Below are positions 29,826 through 41,233 of a stretch of DNA of 64,000 bases, in pieces. Within the stretch, counting starts at the first letter, position 1. Every line of letters starts with the position of its first letter. The notes under the pieces are model-generated. The model ran no database searches. It saw only the letters and a list, made by a program, of their open reading frames with translations, and was not told the origin of the DNA. The translations under genes and the position numbers were made by a program. This stretch comes from Candidatus Poribacteria bacterium (GTDB lineage: Bacteria > Poribacteria > WGA-4E > WGA-3G): NCBI GenBank assembly GCA_965205025.1, contig CBDBFU010000012.1, positions 320,001 through 384,000 on the forward strand, written 5' to 3'.

Positions 29826-31343
29826 TTGCATACTATAGAGGTATTAATAATGAAATTGTTTACAATCATAGGGATATCTATATTTTGCTTAATAACACTA
29901 ATTCAAAATGTAAGTTCTGTGGAGATGGAAAAAGTGGATTTTGATATGATGTTCGAAAAGCCTCAAGAACATTGGTATAATTTACATATGATGAACAGAA
30001 AGATCGGATTTGTCCATTCTTTCATGGAAAAAACAATTTACAATAATGAAGAAATGTTGCGAATTAAAACAGATATTAGAATGGAACTATCTGGTTTAGG
30101 TAAGAAATTCATTATTGAAACGAACCGGATTGAATACTTAGATTCACAATTAAAACCTCGTTATTTTTTTTCTACTTCAAATGAATCTGGTGAAAAACAT
30201 ACTCAAGGAAAAATTATTGATGACATAGCATACATTTCAACAACATTGAATGGGAAAACTACAAAAGTTGAAGTGACGATCCCAAATGACACAATTTCAG
30301 AAACAGCCGCAGTTGAATATCTAATAACAAAAAACAATCTAAAAGCTGATAAAGAAATAAACTATCATATATTCAGTTTTGATTTTCTTAAGCCAGTTGA
30401 ATCTAAACTGAAGGTGATCCGTAAAGAGAATCTAACTTACCAATCTGAAGAATTGGAAGTATTTCTTATTGAAACTAAACTGGATATTCTTGGAGGAATT
30501 AATAGTCGTATTTGGATTACTGAAGACGGAATTACATACAAGAATTCAACTGATATGATGGGTTTTGCTATGGTGGCAACAAAAACTAACAGAACTACTG
30601 CAATTGGTGATACGGATGAAATAGATATTATGTTGCAGAGTAGAATCATTCCTACGGGGAAAAAATCTAAAGTCGGCACATCCCGACTGGTGGCTGAACT
30701 AAGACTTACAAATGGTAATCTAATTGATACAATTGTAGATAATCATAGACAAAGTCTGGAATTAAATGGGGAACGTACTGGAGTATTAAGTATTCAAGTC
30801 TCAGATATAGATGAAACTAACTGTTTAAATTTACCTATACAACAAACAGGTTTTGATGGTTTCCTTACCTCAAGTACATATATAGAATCAAATAATGAAA
30901 TAATAATGAATAAAGCTAAGTTAATTATTAATGGTGAAGTAAATTCATGGAAAGCAGCTAAGAAGTTATCTGAATGGGTATATAAGACCATTACTGATAA
31001 GAATCTAAGTGGAGGATATAGTACTTCACTGGCAACACTTGAAACACAATCTGGTGATTGTACAGAACATACAGTTTTATTTATTGCATTAGCGCGTTCT
31101 GTTGGGATACCATCAAGAATATGTACCGGATTAATCCTTAGTGGTAGCGGATTCTATTACCATTTCTGGCCAGAGGTATATGTTGGAAGATGGGTACAGA
31201 TGGATCCTTCTATAGGTCAGGAGATAGCAGATGCTAACCATATCCAGCTTGGGGGTAGTGTTCTTGAATCAAATACTATGATAGAATTTATTGAAGGTAG
31301 TTTTCGAACAATGAATCAACTTGAAATTAACATCATTGAATAG
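29826..31343 (+). CDS. Exported transglutaminase-like domain protein
   Basis: Signal peptide (start probably 29850); catalytic triad motifs GDCTEH, YHFWPEVY, MDPS. Confidence 0.85.
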   Translation: MHTIEVLIMKLFTIIGISIFCLITLIQNVSSVEMEKVDFDMMFEKPQEHWYNLHMMNRKIGFVHSFMEKTIYNNEEMLRIKTDIRMELSGLGKKFIIETNRIEYLDSQLKPRYFFSTSNESGEKHTQGKIIDDIAYISTTLNGKTTKVEVTIPNDTISETAAVEYLITKNNLKADKEINYHIFSFDFLKPVESKLKVIRKENLTYQSEELEVFLIETKLDILGGINSRIWITEDGITYKNSTDMMGFAMVATKTNRTTAIGDTDEIDIMLQSRIIPTGKKSKVGTSRLVAELRLTNGNLIDTIVDNHRQSLELNGERTGVLSIQVSDIDETNCLNLPIQQTGFDGFLTSSTYIESNNEIIMNKAKLIINGEVNSWKAAKKLSEWVYKTITDKNLSGGYSTSLATLETQSGDCTEHTVLFIALARSVGIPSRICTGLILSGSGFYYHFWPEVYVGRWVQMDPSIGQEIADANHIQLGGSVLESNTMIEFIEGSFRTMNQLEINIIE

Positions 31344-31628
31344 ATCTAATATGTTATCAATTGATAATATGGGATTTATCGGTACATATACAAACTTATC
31401 CTATTACGATTTCAGGAAAAGTAATATAGGTTTTGGTTCTACTTTCAACTTCTAAAGAATTACATTGATGAAAAATAGACCTATTAGCAACCAATATTAA
31501 AACTGATAGAATCAACAATTAGAACGAAGAATGATAATTGTAGGAATATACATTTTCTTTTTTACATCGAACTCACGTCAAGCAACTACCCAATCTTCTA
31601 AGGAACATGATTAGGGAGTAATTTTCTA

Positions 31629-33695
31629 TTGGCTTTTCTAAATCCTCTATTTCTGTTTGGTCTATTAGCTGCTGGAATTCCACTATTAATTCATCTTTGG
31701 AATCGACGTCAAGCAGCTACCATAGATTTTAGCAGCCTAATGTTCCTTGTTACTGCTCATCGACAAAACGTAAAACGTCTCCAATTAAGACAACTTCTAA
31801 TTCTTCTCTTACGAATGTTAATTATTGCATTAATTGCACTTTCCCTTGCCCGTCCTTTTCTTACTCTTGGTTTACCTCTTGCAGCAGTCCGTGCAAGGAC
31901 TGACATCGTAGTTGTATTGGATAATTCATTTAGTATGACATATCAAGATGTTGATGGTGTTTGGTTTGATAACGCCAAAAAAAAAGCGAATGAAATTCTA
32001 AGTTCTTTACGACATGGAGATTCTGCATCCGTAATCTTAATGTCTGATATCCCAAATCCTATTTATAGAGAACTCACTCCTGACATTAATGGAGTTATTA
32101 AATCCATAAATGATACACAAGTATCATATCGAGGAACTAATGTTCAGTCCAGTATTGAATTGGCTCACAAGATTCTATCAAAGTCAAATCATACAAATAA
32201 AGAATTATATATTATCTCTGATTTTACCAAGAACGGATGGGAGAATTGGAGTCAGATTCCCAATATCTCTGGTTCACGTATAATACTTATTCCTATAAGA
32301 AGTAATCGTACTCATAATACAAATATTGAAGAAATTTCTCCATCCCATCAACTAATAGGAGTAGATTTACCATTATATTTAAATATCAAAACCAACAATC
32401 ATTCAGATACACCATTAACACAAACAACACTTTCAATGTATACAAAGAATAAAAAACAAATAGAACAATCCTTTTCAGCTAATCCACATGAATTGATTAG
32501 TAAGTCGATTAGCCATAGCTTTCCAGCTCCAGGATTTCATATAGGATCATTTGAGTTAACCTCTGACCGATTAAATATTGATAATAAACGATATTTTGTT
32601 TTAAAAGTGTTGGGGGATATTCGTGTGCTTTGTGTGAGTGATAATAATGAAATTATAATATTGTCATTAAACCCTTTATTCAATTCCCCTGAAAGTGTAG
32701 GACAAGGAAAAAACTCAATGATCTTACCTATACCGTGCCACATATCTGAATTCGATGAATACCCTCTTGATGATATAGATATAATCCTCTTTACAGATGT
32801 CTCATCCATATCAGAGAGATCTGAATCTAAGATAATAGAATTCATCAGAAAAGGTAAGGATATAATTGCATTTGTTTCTGAAAAAAGCAACTTCACATGG
32901 TCTCCAGCAGAATTTAATCAAGTTGAAGAATGGGATAGACCAAGGAAAATTATCCAATATGATAAAACACATCCCATATTTGAGATTTTCGAGGAAGGAG
33001 TCTTGTCTGGACAATATGCCCCTCAATTCTATCGTGGATTGACAACAGTATTATCCAAAGGCTCTAATATAATTGCAAGTTTAGATGACGATACACCTTT
33101 TCTAATTGAGAAACAAGAAAAGAACAGTAAAATTATTTTCTATAATGTATCTCTTGATAGTGATTCAATAAGAAATGAGCTTTTACTTAACCCATATTTT
33201 CTACCTTTGATACAAAATACTGTCTTATATGCCAATTACGATGAAACACAAAGGAATATTTTAATAGGTGAATCTTATATTAAAAAATATAATAATCTAA
33301 TAGGAAGTCCTGTTTGGATAAAACGAGTTGATTCTGTAGATGAGAATGAAGGAACTACTGTTATTATACAGGAAGATGGATCTTTGAAATATAATTCAAC
33401 AGAAGAGCCAGGGATATATCAAGTAGACATATCATCAGAAGGAAATCTTTATAGAGAATTCTTTGCAGTAAATACACATCCATCTGAATCAAATTTAGAA
33501 CAGATTCATCTAAAGGATGCATCCCAAAAGATTAATGCACAAACACAATCATTAGATGGTGTGGAATTTGATTCTAAATCATTAGATTTACATAGACACG
33601 GTCGAGAAATCTGGGGTGAATTGTTACTATTAGCAGTATGTCTATTGTTGGTTGAAGGATTTCTCTCTAATCGTGTAAGTGCCACCACATCATAG
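31629..33695 (+). CDS. BatA/VWA domain membrane protein
   Basis: FLNPLFLFGL..IPLLIHL, ALSLARP, MIDAS-like DNSFSM, IISDF, C-terminal TM segment. Confidence 0.85.
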   Translation: MAFLNPLFLFGLLAAGIPLLIHLWNRRQAATIDFSSLMFLVTAHRQNVKRLQLRQLLILLLRMLIIALIALSLARPFLTLGLPLAAVRARTDIVVVLDNSFSMTYQDVDGVWFDNAKKKANEILSSLRHGDSASVILMSDIPNPIYRELTPDINGVIKSINDTQVSYRGTNVQSSIELAHKILSKSNHTNKELYIISDFTKNGWENWSQIPNISGSRIILIPIRSNRTHNTNIEEISPSHQLIGVDLPLYLNIKTNNHSDTPLTQTTLSMYTKNKKQIEQSFSANPHELISKSISHSFPAPGFHIGSFELTSDRLNIDNKRYFVLKVLGDIRVLCVSDNNEIIILSLNPLFNSPESVGQGKNSMILPIPCHISEFDEYPLDDIDIILFTDVSSISERSESKIIEFIRKGKDIIAFVSEKSNFTWSPAEFNQVEEWDRPRKIIQYDKTHPIFEIFEEGVLSGQYAPQFYRGLTTVLSKGSNIIASLDDDTPFLIEKQEKNSKIIFYNVSLDSDSIRNELLLNPYFLPLIQNTVLYANYDETQRNILIGESYIKKYNNLIGSPVWIKRVDSVDENEGTTVIIQEDGSLKYNSTEEPGIYQVDISSEGNLYREFFAVNTHPSESNLEQIHLKDASQKINAQTQSLDGVEFDSKSLDLHRHGREIWGELLLLAVCLLLVEGFLSNRVSATTS

Positions 33696-33739
33696 ACGGT
33701 ATAATGATTATATTTCAGTAATATAATGTAGGTAGAATC

Positions 33740-35662
33740 GTGATTACAATTAATTACATCTCTAAATCTACTCTTACGAGTATTATGATTCTTGGTTTAT
33801 TCCTCTCACTAATTCTACCTATTTTGGCAAATCAACAAATTAGGATTGAAAGCATTGTCTTGTCTGGAAATCAATCATTCAATAATGAACAGATACTAAA
33901 ATTAATGGATGTGAAAATCGGGGAGATTTATGACAAGGAATTAATCAAAAATGATACTGATAGAATATCCAAATTTTATCGGAATAAAGGTTTCCTATAT
34001 GTAAGAGTGATAGAATCACCCAATATCATAAATGATGAAGTATTCATAAGATTAATAATAGATGAAGGGAAAATCCGTTCATTTACTCTAACAGGGAACA
34101 CAAAAACAAAAGAAAATGTAATTTTACGAGAACTACTATTTCAGAAGAATGATGTATATATAGAAGCAGATAGGAAAGAAAGTGAAAGAATATTAAGACA
34201 AAAACCGTATATAGGTGCAGCAAAGATTGAGTCTCAATGGAATGAAGATTTACAAGGAGTTGTAATTCATGTCACAGTGACTGAGTTTTTCTCATTGACA
34301 GGTGCAATTGATCCAGGAATTAACAATCAAACAGGTTATTTTCTTGTACAGATGAAGGAAACCAATTTATTCGGCTCTGGACAAGGTAGCCAAATTAGAT
34401 ATGAAAGAATCAGTGAAGTTGGTGAAAAAACACGAGGGTTTGTTACGATGAAATATAGAATACCTCGACTTTTCGATTCTCATTTAAACTTCGATGGACA
34501 ATATATCCAGAATAGAGAAGGTGATTCCTGGAGTGTATTGTTAGAACGACCACAATACTCCCTTAAAAGTCGTTGGAGTGCCCAATTAGGTATATCTGAA
34601 TTGATTAATCAGGTGCGATGGTATGAACACGGCATGAGAACTGATACATTTGAACAAACAAGAAATAAAGCTGCTGGGAACGTATTACGTTATTTTGGAG
34701 ATCGTCATCATCAGAACTATATAGGGGTTTGGTTTGATTCAATACGTTCAAATTACTATTCCATAGAATCTGTTAGTCAATCAATAGCATCACCGATGAA
34801 TCATGATATTAAACGTGTTGGTATTAAACTTGGTCGAAGAAACATTGGTTTCCATAAAACAAGGTTTCTCAAAGGTATGGGGGGAGATGAAGATTTTGTG
34901 ACTGGATCAGTATATGATTTATCGGTAGGCTATTCATCTCCTCTATATGGATCTGAGAGAACAGAGACTTATACGTCCCTTTCTTTTAACTCAGGTTGGG
35001 AAAGTAAGGATAGATTATTTGCAACGGCATTGATAGGTTTTAAGACAGGTTTTACCAATCAGATTGAGCATTCTGTAATACAATCTGGTTGTGCATTCTA
35101 TTTTAGAGATGTCTTTAATACAGGTGATATTTATAGAGTAGATAAAGGATTTCGTAAGAACGGTCTAATTGATTTTCATCAGACTATTGTTGCACAATTC
35201 AAATCTGTGATGCAATATGGATGGCGAGGTGAGAGTCAAGTTCTATTAGGTGCTGATACTGGTTTACGAGGATATGCTTTAAGAGAGTTTAGCGGTGAGA
35301 AAATGATGCTTCTTAGTATAGAAAGTCGAACACTATGTGGAGGATCAATTTTTAATAGTATAAATAATGGTCTAACCAAATTTGCTACATTTATTGCCAA
35401 ACCGTTTGTTAAGAACCGAACGATCGATCTTGGTTTAATCATGAGTTTTACATCCTTTATAGATTTTGGATATATCTGGGATAGTGATAATCCATTTAAT
35501 GGACAGGATATAAAACGGGGCATAGGATTTGGCTTGAGGGGTAGTTTTGCTAAGGTTAGTGATGCAGGTATATTCCGATTTGAGGTGGCATTTCCTCTTG
35601 ATCCAACACCTCCTGACTCTATTAAACCTCATTTATTGTATGGAATTGAACGAGCATTCTAA
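33740..35662 (+). CDS. BamA/TamA-family outer membrane protein with POTRA domains
   Basis: POTRA motifs (GNQSF, GNTKTKENVILREL), E.NLFGSGQ, GLRGY, terminal Phe. Confidence 0.85.
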   Translation: MITINYISKSTLTSIMILGLFLSLILPILANQQIRIESIVLSGNQSFNNEQILKLMDVKIGEIYDKELIKNDTDRISKFYRNKGFLYVRVIESPNIINDEVFIRLIIDEGKIRSFTLTGNTKTKENVILRELLFQKNDVYIEADRKESERILRQKPYIGAAKIESQWNEDLQGVVIHVTVTEFFSLTGAIDPGINNQTGYFLVQMKETNLFGSGQGSQIRYERISEVGEKTRGFVTMKYRIPRLFDSHLNFDGQYIQNREGDSWSVLLERPQYSLKSRWSAQLGISELINQVRWYEHGMRTDTFEQTRNKAAGNVLRYFGDRHHQNYIGVWFDSIRSNYYSIESVSQSIASPMNHDIKRVGIKLGRRNIGFHKTRFLKGMGGDEDFVTGSVYDLSVGYSSPLYGSERTETYTSLSFNSGWESKDRLFATALIGFKTGFTNQIEHSVIQSGCAFYFRDVFNTGDIYRVDKGFRKNGLIDFHQTIVAQFKSVMQYGWRGESQVLLGADTGLRGYALREFSGEKMMLLSIESRTLCGGSIFNSINNGLTKFATFIAKPFVKNRTIDLGLIMSFTSFIDFGYIWDSDNPFNGQDIKRGIGFGLRGSFAKVSDAGIFRFEVAFPLDPTPPDSIKPHLLYGIERAF

Positions 35663-35685
35663 ATCTATTATATAGATAATGATAT

Positions 35686-37593
35686 ATGTTAAAACCATCT
35701 ATCTTATCAACAGAAAATATCACATTACGATCTATACTAATTGGACTTCTGTCTCTTCCACTTAATATCTACCTAGTTGTTCAAACAGAGACTGTTTGGA
35801 CTACACAATACCCTACTACGATGGCGATCTTCTTCAACGCCGTCTTCACGCTCTTCATCCTAACAATTCTAAATCTGTTTCTGATTAAATACCTACCAAA
35901 ATGGAAGTTCTCACAGGCAGAAATGCTCACAGTTTACCTAATGGTAACCTTAGCATGTGTTGTCAGTGGACACGATTTATTGCAAGCAACTATGTGCATT
36001 TTGGGTCATGCAAGTTGGTTTGCAACCCCTGAAAATGAATGGCAAGCACTATTCTTTCGATACATCCCTGACTGGATTGCCGTTATGGATCAAAATGCAC
36101 TTACTGGTTATTATGAAGGAACATCTAATTTCTTTGAAATAGATCATATACAAGCATGGATTACACCTATAACACACTGGTTAATATTCTTTTCAGCATT
36201 AGCATTTTCTATGATAATGCTGAGTGTAATACTTCGAAAACAATGGATTGAACATGAAAAACTCAGTTATCCTATTATCCTACTTCCTTATGAAATGACA
36301 ACAGGGAGTGGATTCTATCGAAGCCGATTATTATGGATAGGAATTGGCATTGGACTGGGACTTGACCTATTGAATGGACTCAATTTTCTATATCCAGTGA
36401 TACCGGGAATACCAATTAGGCATGATATTGGAAGAATGTTTACAGAAAAACCGCTTAATGCAATCGGTTCAACACCTATACATCTAAATCCTTATGCTAT
36501 TGGAATAGGCTACTTGATGCCACTTGGTTTATCACTATCATGTTGGGTCTTTTATTTATTTTGGAAAGTACAGCTTGTATTTGGTTCAATTACGGGATTA
36601 AACCAGACCCCAGGATATCCACACATTGATATGCAATCACTCGGTGCTTATTTTGCATTATGCTTTTTTGCATTATGGGTTACACATAAACATTTATGGA
36701 AGGTATTCAAGAAAATTATCGGTGTTAGAAGCGATCTTGACTTATCCAATGAACCAATAGGATACAGAGGAGCATTCATAGGTTTTCTTATCAGTATTGC
36801 TATAGTGTTTGGATTTTGTCTCAGAGCGGGAATGTCATGGTGGGGGATTCTTGGTTTCTTTAGTATTCACTTTATATTAGTTTTGGCATTCACACGAATG
36901 AGAGCAGAACTTGGTACACCAACCCAAGACTTTTATCGTGCAGGACCAAGTTTTTTCCTTACAACTATCTTCGGTTCACGGAAGATAGGGGCACAAACAC
37001 TTACAGGATTTTCATTCTTATATGGATTCACTCGAAATTACCGTTCACAACCAATGCCAAATCAACTTGAAGGATTCAAATTAGCTGATAAAGGTTCCAT
37101 TAATAACAAACAACTTCTGTGGGTGATGTGGGGATCATCAGTAATTGGATTGCTCATCGGATTCGTTGCATTTCTTCATGCTGGATATCTCCATGGAAGT
37201 ATAGGAACTTGGCGAGGACAAGAGGCATTTAATGATCTTCAACGTTGGTTGACTATTCCAAGTGAAACGGAATGGAGACATCTCGGTTTCTTTGGATTTG
37301 GAGTTATATTAACAATAGGCACTTTATTGATGAGAATTAAATTTCTTTGGTGGCAACTACACCCACTCGCTTACCCACTTGCAGGGAATTGGAACTTTGG
37401 AAGACTGTGGTTTCCAGTCTTCATTGCTTGGACTATCAAGACAATACTTGTTCGTCACGGTGGAATTGGTGCATATAGGAAAACACTACCTCTGTTCTTA
37501 GGAGCAATGTTGGGGGAATTTGTTATGGGGAGTATTTGGGCGATTTTAGGTTTATCATTAGGTGAACGTATGTATTCATTCAAACATTGGTAG
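35686..37593 (+). CDS. Polytopic membrane protein (DUF6785/DUF6784-like putative transporter)
   Basis: RKQWIEHEKLSYP, TRMRAELG, WWQLHPLAY and YRKTLPLFLG motifs; many TM segments. Confidence 0.7.
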   Translation: MLKPSILSTENITLRSILIGLLSLPLNIYLVVQTETVWTTQYPTTMAIFFNAVFTLFILTILNLFLIKYLPKWKFSQAEMLTVYLMVTLACVVSGHDLLQATMCILGHASWFATPENEWQALFFRYIPDWIAVMDQNALTGYYEGTSNFFEIDHIQAWITPITHWLIFFSALAFSMIMLSVILRKQWIEHEKLSYPIILLPYEMTTGSGFYRSRLLWIGIGIGLGLDLLNGLNFLYPVIPGIPIRHDIGRMFTEKPLNAIGSTPIHLNPYAIGIGYLMPLGLSLSCWVFYLFWKVQLVFGSITGLNQTPGYPHIDMQSLGAYFALCFFALWVTHKHLWKVFKKIIGVRSDLDLSNEPIGYRGAFIGFLISIAIVFGFCLRAGMSWWGILGFFSIHFILVLAFTRMRAELGTPTQDFYRAGPSFFLTTIFGSRKIGAQTLTGFSFLYGFTRNYRSQPMPNQLEGFKLADKGSINNKQLLWVMWGSSVIGLLIGFVAFLHAGYLHGSIGTWRGQEAFNDLQRWLTIPSETEWRHLGFFGFGVILTIGTLLMRIKFLWWQLHPLAYPLAGNWNFGRLWFPVFIAWTIKTILVRHGGIGAYRKTLPLFLGAMLGEFVMGSIWAILGLSLGERMYSFKHW

Positions 37594-37720
37594 ATTTACA
37601 GATTAGAATATGATCATCCTAATACATCTATATAAAGAGTGTAATAGATTGTCTTCATCAATAAAAAATAATGATGTCAATCTTAATGAATAAGTTTGTA
37701 AATTTAATAAGAGCTTAGAA

Positions 37721-37765
37721 TTGATGAAGATCGGAAATGTGGGAACCCGTATACATCTTCATCAA
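37721..37765. terminator. Possible hairpin between convergent genes
   Basis: TTGATGAAGAT...ATCTTCATCAA inverted repeat with a large loop. Confidence 0.4.
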
Positions 37766-37782
37766 TCCATAGTAAACTCCTA

Positions 37783-38370
37783 TTATTTATCATCCTTTTT
37801 CTCTTCTTTCTTATTCTTTTTCGATCGAAGTTCTTGAAGAATTTCCACAACAGTTTCCATCTGTTCTTCCAGTTTATCCAGACGTGGTTCTACTGATTCA
37901 ACTGTTATATCATCATCATCTTCTATTTCGACACTTTGAGGTCCATCAGATTCGGAAGAACGACTTTCTTTATCACTAAAAAAGGAACGTGTGAATATAT
38001 CACCTATATTCTTCATCTCATCTCCAATTGTCTTTTTCGCTTCATGTATATCAAAGTCAAATTCAAACCCAGAACCTTCTTTTAAATAGGTTGCGACTTG
38101 ATGATATGCATAACCAATGTCACCAACAGAGGCATTGCTATCTAAAGGTTGGAAGAATCCTTCTGGTAATGCTTCTAATTCATAAAGCCGATTTAAGGCA
38201 TTATTAAACTGTAGAATGCATCTGTTTTCACCATCAGAAAAATTGTCTGTCACTGATGGTTTTTCAAGAAATCGTGTAGTTGCTTCTAACATCCTTACTA
38301 TTTTACGTATTTCTGTTCTAATTTCACGTTCATTACTCATGATTAATCTCCTCAATATTATTATAGACAC
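37783..38370 (-). CDS. Hypothetical protein with C-terminal coiled coil
   Basis: Open 195-aa frame; GAGGAG RBS favours a start at MSNERE (38340). Confidence 0.75.
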   Translation of the reverse strand: MSIIILRRLIMSNEREIRTEIRKIVRMLEATTRFLEKPSVTDNFSDGENRCILQFNNALNRLYELEALPEGFFQPLDSNASVGDIGYAYHQVATYLKEGSGFEFDFDIHEAKKTIGDEMKNIGDIFTRSFFSDKESRSSESDGPQSVEIEDDDDITVESVEPRLDKLEEQMETVVEILQELRSKKNKKEEKKDDK

Positions 38371-38475
38371 TTTGAAAATATAGAGTCACCTATAAAATAA
38401 AAGGATAGTAAAAAGTTAAAATATTTTTCAATGACCTGATATTTTCCCGATTAATACCATGTGACGAAGTTAATC

Positions 38476-39684
38476 TTATCCTTCTTTTAATTCCCCAACA
38501 TTCCGTCTTATTTTTATTGCTGCTTTTACAATATCTTCCATATCATCTTCTGTTCCCATTAATATATTCTGACCTAAAGCAAGACCAGATTGGCATATTC
38601 TTTCAGTTTCAGGACAGTTTGTGTTAGAATAATCCAGTTTGTCCCCAAATGTATTTGTATTGAGAAAGGTAGAACGATACATAGGAGTACTATACCAATA
38701 ACCGATAGGAATACCTTCAGCACGCATAGCACTAATGAATGTAGCTCGAGAAATATCCTCAAAATCCTCTGAATCAAAAATAGCTTTGTATCCGTGTGAA
38801 CCACCTCGAGTCGCCCGTGGATCCAGAGGCGTTACTTTAATACCAGGAATTTCACCAAACCATCCATCTAACCAACGCATATTCATGTGTCTGTGGTTTG
38901 TTTCACTTTCAAGTCTTGTTAATCTGGAATTTAGAATTCCAGCTTGCCATTCAGTCATTCTGAAATTTGCCCCAAAAGGTTCGATATTACCGTATTCTGC
39001 ATCAGGAGTTGTACGTCCACAGTTGTGTAGAGAATACACTCGCTCATATAACTCCCGATCATTCATTAGGACAATTCCCCCTTCACCGGCACATAGGTTC
39101 TTTGATGATTGAAAACTAAAACATCCAAAATCTCCCCAGCTACCGACTCCCTTTCCACGCCATTCAGCACCATGTGCCTGTGCACAATCCTCAATTACTC
39201 GTAAGTTATGTTTTGCTGCAATTTCAATAATTGAATCCATATCTGCAGGATAACCAGCAATATGTACAGGGAGGATTGCCTTTGTTCTATCAGTAACTGC
39301 GTCTTCCAATTTTGACGCGTCAATCAAAAAACTATCAGGGGCAGTATCCACAAAAACAGGGATTGCATGCGTCATTAAAATTGCTACAACTGTGGCTTGA
39401 AAGGTGTAAGCAGTTGTAATTACTTCATCATCCGGTCCAACATCTGCAGCCTTTAAAGCAAGATAGAGTGCTGTTGTACCACTATTAACACAAACGCCAT
39501 ATTTTGCACCCTGGAATTCGGCGAAACTATTAGAAAACTCAGAAACTTGTTTCCCTCCAACTCCCCAAACTTTACTATTATAGATACTCTCGAATATCTC
39601 TAAATCTTTTGGATCAAGAGTAGGCCAGGACGGAAAAGGTTTATCTCTTACGGGTACGCCACCATTTATTGCTAAAACAGACAT
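38476..39684 (-). CDS. DegT/DnrJ/EryC1/StrS family PLP aminotransferase
   Basis: NSGTTAL, IEDCAQAHG, FSFQSSKNLCAGEGG, NFRMTEWQ. Confidence 0.93.
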   Translation of the reverse strand: MSVLAINGGVPVRDKPFPSWPTLDPKDLEIFESIYNSKVWGVGGKQVSEFSNSFAEFQGAKYGVCVNSGTTALYLALKAADVGPDDEVITTAYTFQATVVAILMTHAIPVFVDTAPDSFLIDASKLEDAVTDRTKAILPVHIAGYPADMDSIIEIAAKHNLRVIEDCAQAHGAEWRGKGVGSWGDFGCFSFQSSKNLCAGEGGIVLMNDRELYERVYSLHNCGRTTPDAEYGNIEPFGANFRMTEWQAGILNSRLTRLESETNHRHMNMRWLDGWFGEIPGIKVTPLDPRATRGGSHGYKAIFDSEDFEDISRATFISAMRAEGIPIGYWYSTPMYRSTFLNTNTFGDKLDYSNTNCPETERICQSGLALGQNILMGTEDDMEDIVKAAIKIRRNVGELKEG

Positions 39685-39802
39685 ATTCTACTCCAGTGTT
39701 TACTCCAAATTATAAGGTTAGAAATAGTTCTATTGTATAAAGAAATTAGAACATATTACATAAACAAATTTTTGTAGTTTTTGCAATGTGCTATGTTAAA
39801 CA

Positions 39803-39878
39803 AACGGACAGGGAGACCCTACCCCTATGCAGAAAGACTATATTTGCAAAACAGGTCGTATTTATGAGACACACTGTA
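39803..39878. repeat. Short copy of the REP + ATGAGATACACTG module
   Basis: AACGGACAGGGAGACCCTACCCCTATG...TCGTATTTATGAGACACACTGT parallels 7332-7407. Confidence 0.6.
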
Positions 39879-39916
39879 TCTGACAGCATGAGTTTAGAGA
39901 ATAGTAGAAAATCCAA

Positions 39917-40435
39917 TTACGATAGTTGAATTACATGGTCTTTTACAATTTTCGGTGGAAATCTTCCTTTGGTGGTTTCCTTAATCAGATAATCCATAGT
40001 ACTTCTTGCTTTATCGGCAACTTCATCAGATATGACTCCATTCTTAACCGCTTCCTCGAATTCGTCTTCATCTTGAATGGCATAACCACCGTCAGGAGAT
40101 ATCCATAAATCTAAGAATAAATCTACAATCTCATATTTAGTCTTACTTCTGGTGACTGGCAATATTATATCACAATAATATCCTGTCCATTCACTATCAA
40201 GATTGTAGATTTTACCAATATCATACCATAAACCTGTGAATACAAACCAAATAGCAGTAAAATTATCTGCTAATACCTCCTGACCATTAAATATTATTGG
40301 AGAAGATGGACAGATTTTTTGTGTTGTTATTATAATATCATCATTTTCATACAGTAGTATCTGTTCAAAGTAATTAATTCGATCAGGTAATCGTTTATAT
40401 GTTAGTGTGATTTTTTCAGACACTATTCTCTCCAA
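39917..40435 (-). CDS. DUF402 domain protein
   Basis: WYDIG, YYCDI..P, VDLFLDLWI.PDG....DEDEF. Confidence 0.85.
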   Translation of the reverse strand: MERIVSEKITLTYKRLPDRINYFEQILLYENDDIIITTQKICPSSPIIFNGQEVLADNFTAIWFVFTGLWYDIGKIYNLDSEWTGYYCDIILPVTRSKTKYEIVDLFLDLWISPDGGYAIQDEDEFEEAVKNGVISDEVADKARSTMDYLIKETTKGRFPPKIVKDHVIQLS

Positions 40436-40444
40436 TTCTACAAC

Positions 40445-41059
40445 TCAAATAGGTATATCAGTATTTCTCACCTTCTGAATGAATTTAATCATTTTACAAT
40501 GATCTTTTATACCTTTTTCATGTTCCACACCACTTGCGACATCAACAGCATTGGGTTTAACATATTGGATTGCTTCTGATACATTTTCTGGTGTTAATCC
40601 CCCGGCAAGTATCAATCTGTTGGAATACCGTTTAGCAGACAAAGCTAAATTCCAGTTTGCTGTTCCTTTAGTAGATTTTGGTTTATCCAGAAGATGTGCG
40701 TTGACACTATATGAATCTAATATCTTAAGGTTAGATTTCTCATTAAATTCAAAAACTTTAATTATTGGTAGACTGAAGCTATCACAATATTCTGGTGTTT
40801 CAGAACCGTGTAATTGAATGAATGTTATTCCTGTTTCAGCAACAATTCTATGGATAATTGGTTTTTCTTCATCTTTGAAAACACCTACAGTAGATATAAA
40901 TGGTGGAATGGATTGGATTATTTTTGCAGCATCTGAAGGTTCAATATAACGTGGTGTTTCAGGGACAAAAATAAAACCGAGAGCATCTGTTCCAGCTTCA
41001 ACTGCACCGAGGGCATCTTTTCGGTTAGTTATACCACAGATTTTTACACGGGGAGTCAT
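40445..41059 (-). CDS. trpF: Phosphoribosylanthranilate isomerase
   Basis: VKICGIT, IQLHGSE, ILAGGLTPENV, VDVASGVE. Confidence 0.96.
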   Translation of the reverse strand: MTPRVKICGITNRKDALGAVEAGTDALGFIFVPETPRYIEPSDAAKIIQSIPPFISTVGVFKDEEKPIIHRIVAETGITFIQLHGSETPEYCDSFSLPIIKVFEFNEKSNLKILDSYSVNAHLLDKPKSTKGTANWNLALSAKRYSNRLILAGGLTPENVSEAIQYVKPNAVDVASGVEHEKGIKDHCKMIKFIQKVRNTDIPI

Positions 41060-41233
41060 GATATGTATCGTACTTTAATAATCAATACACTTTGCTATAG
41101 TAGTTCGTTTTAATTATATTTGGATTGAAGGTAAAATTAATATGAGATTGAAACTCTTCGTTATACTGTCCAAGATAGTCAATATGGTAGATATGATTGG
41201 TAAATACTATATTATGAAGAGAAAGTCAAGGGA

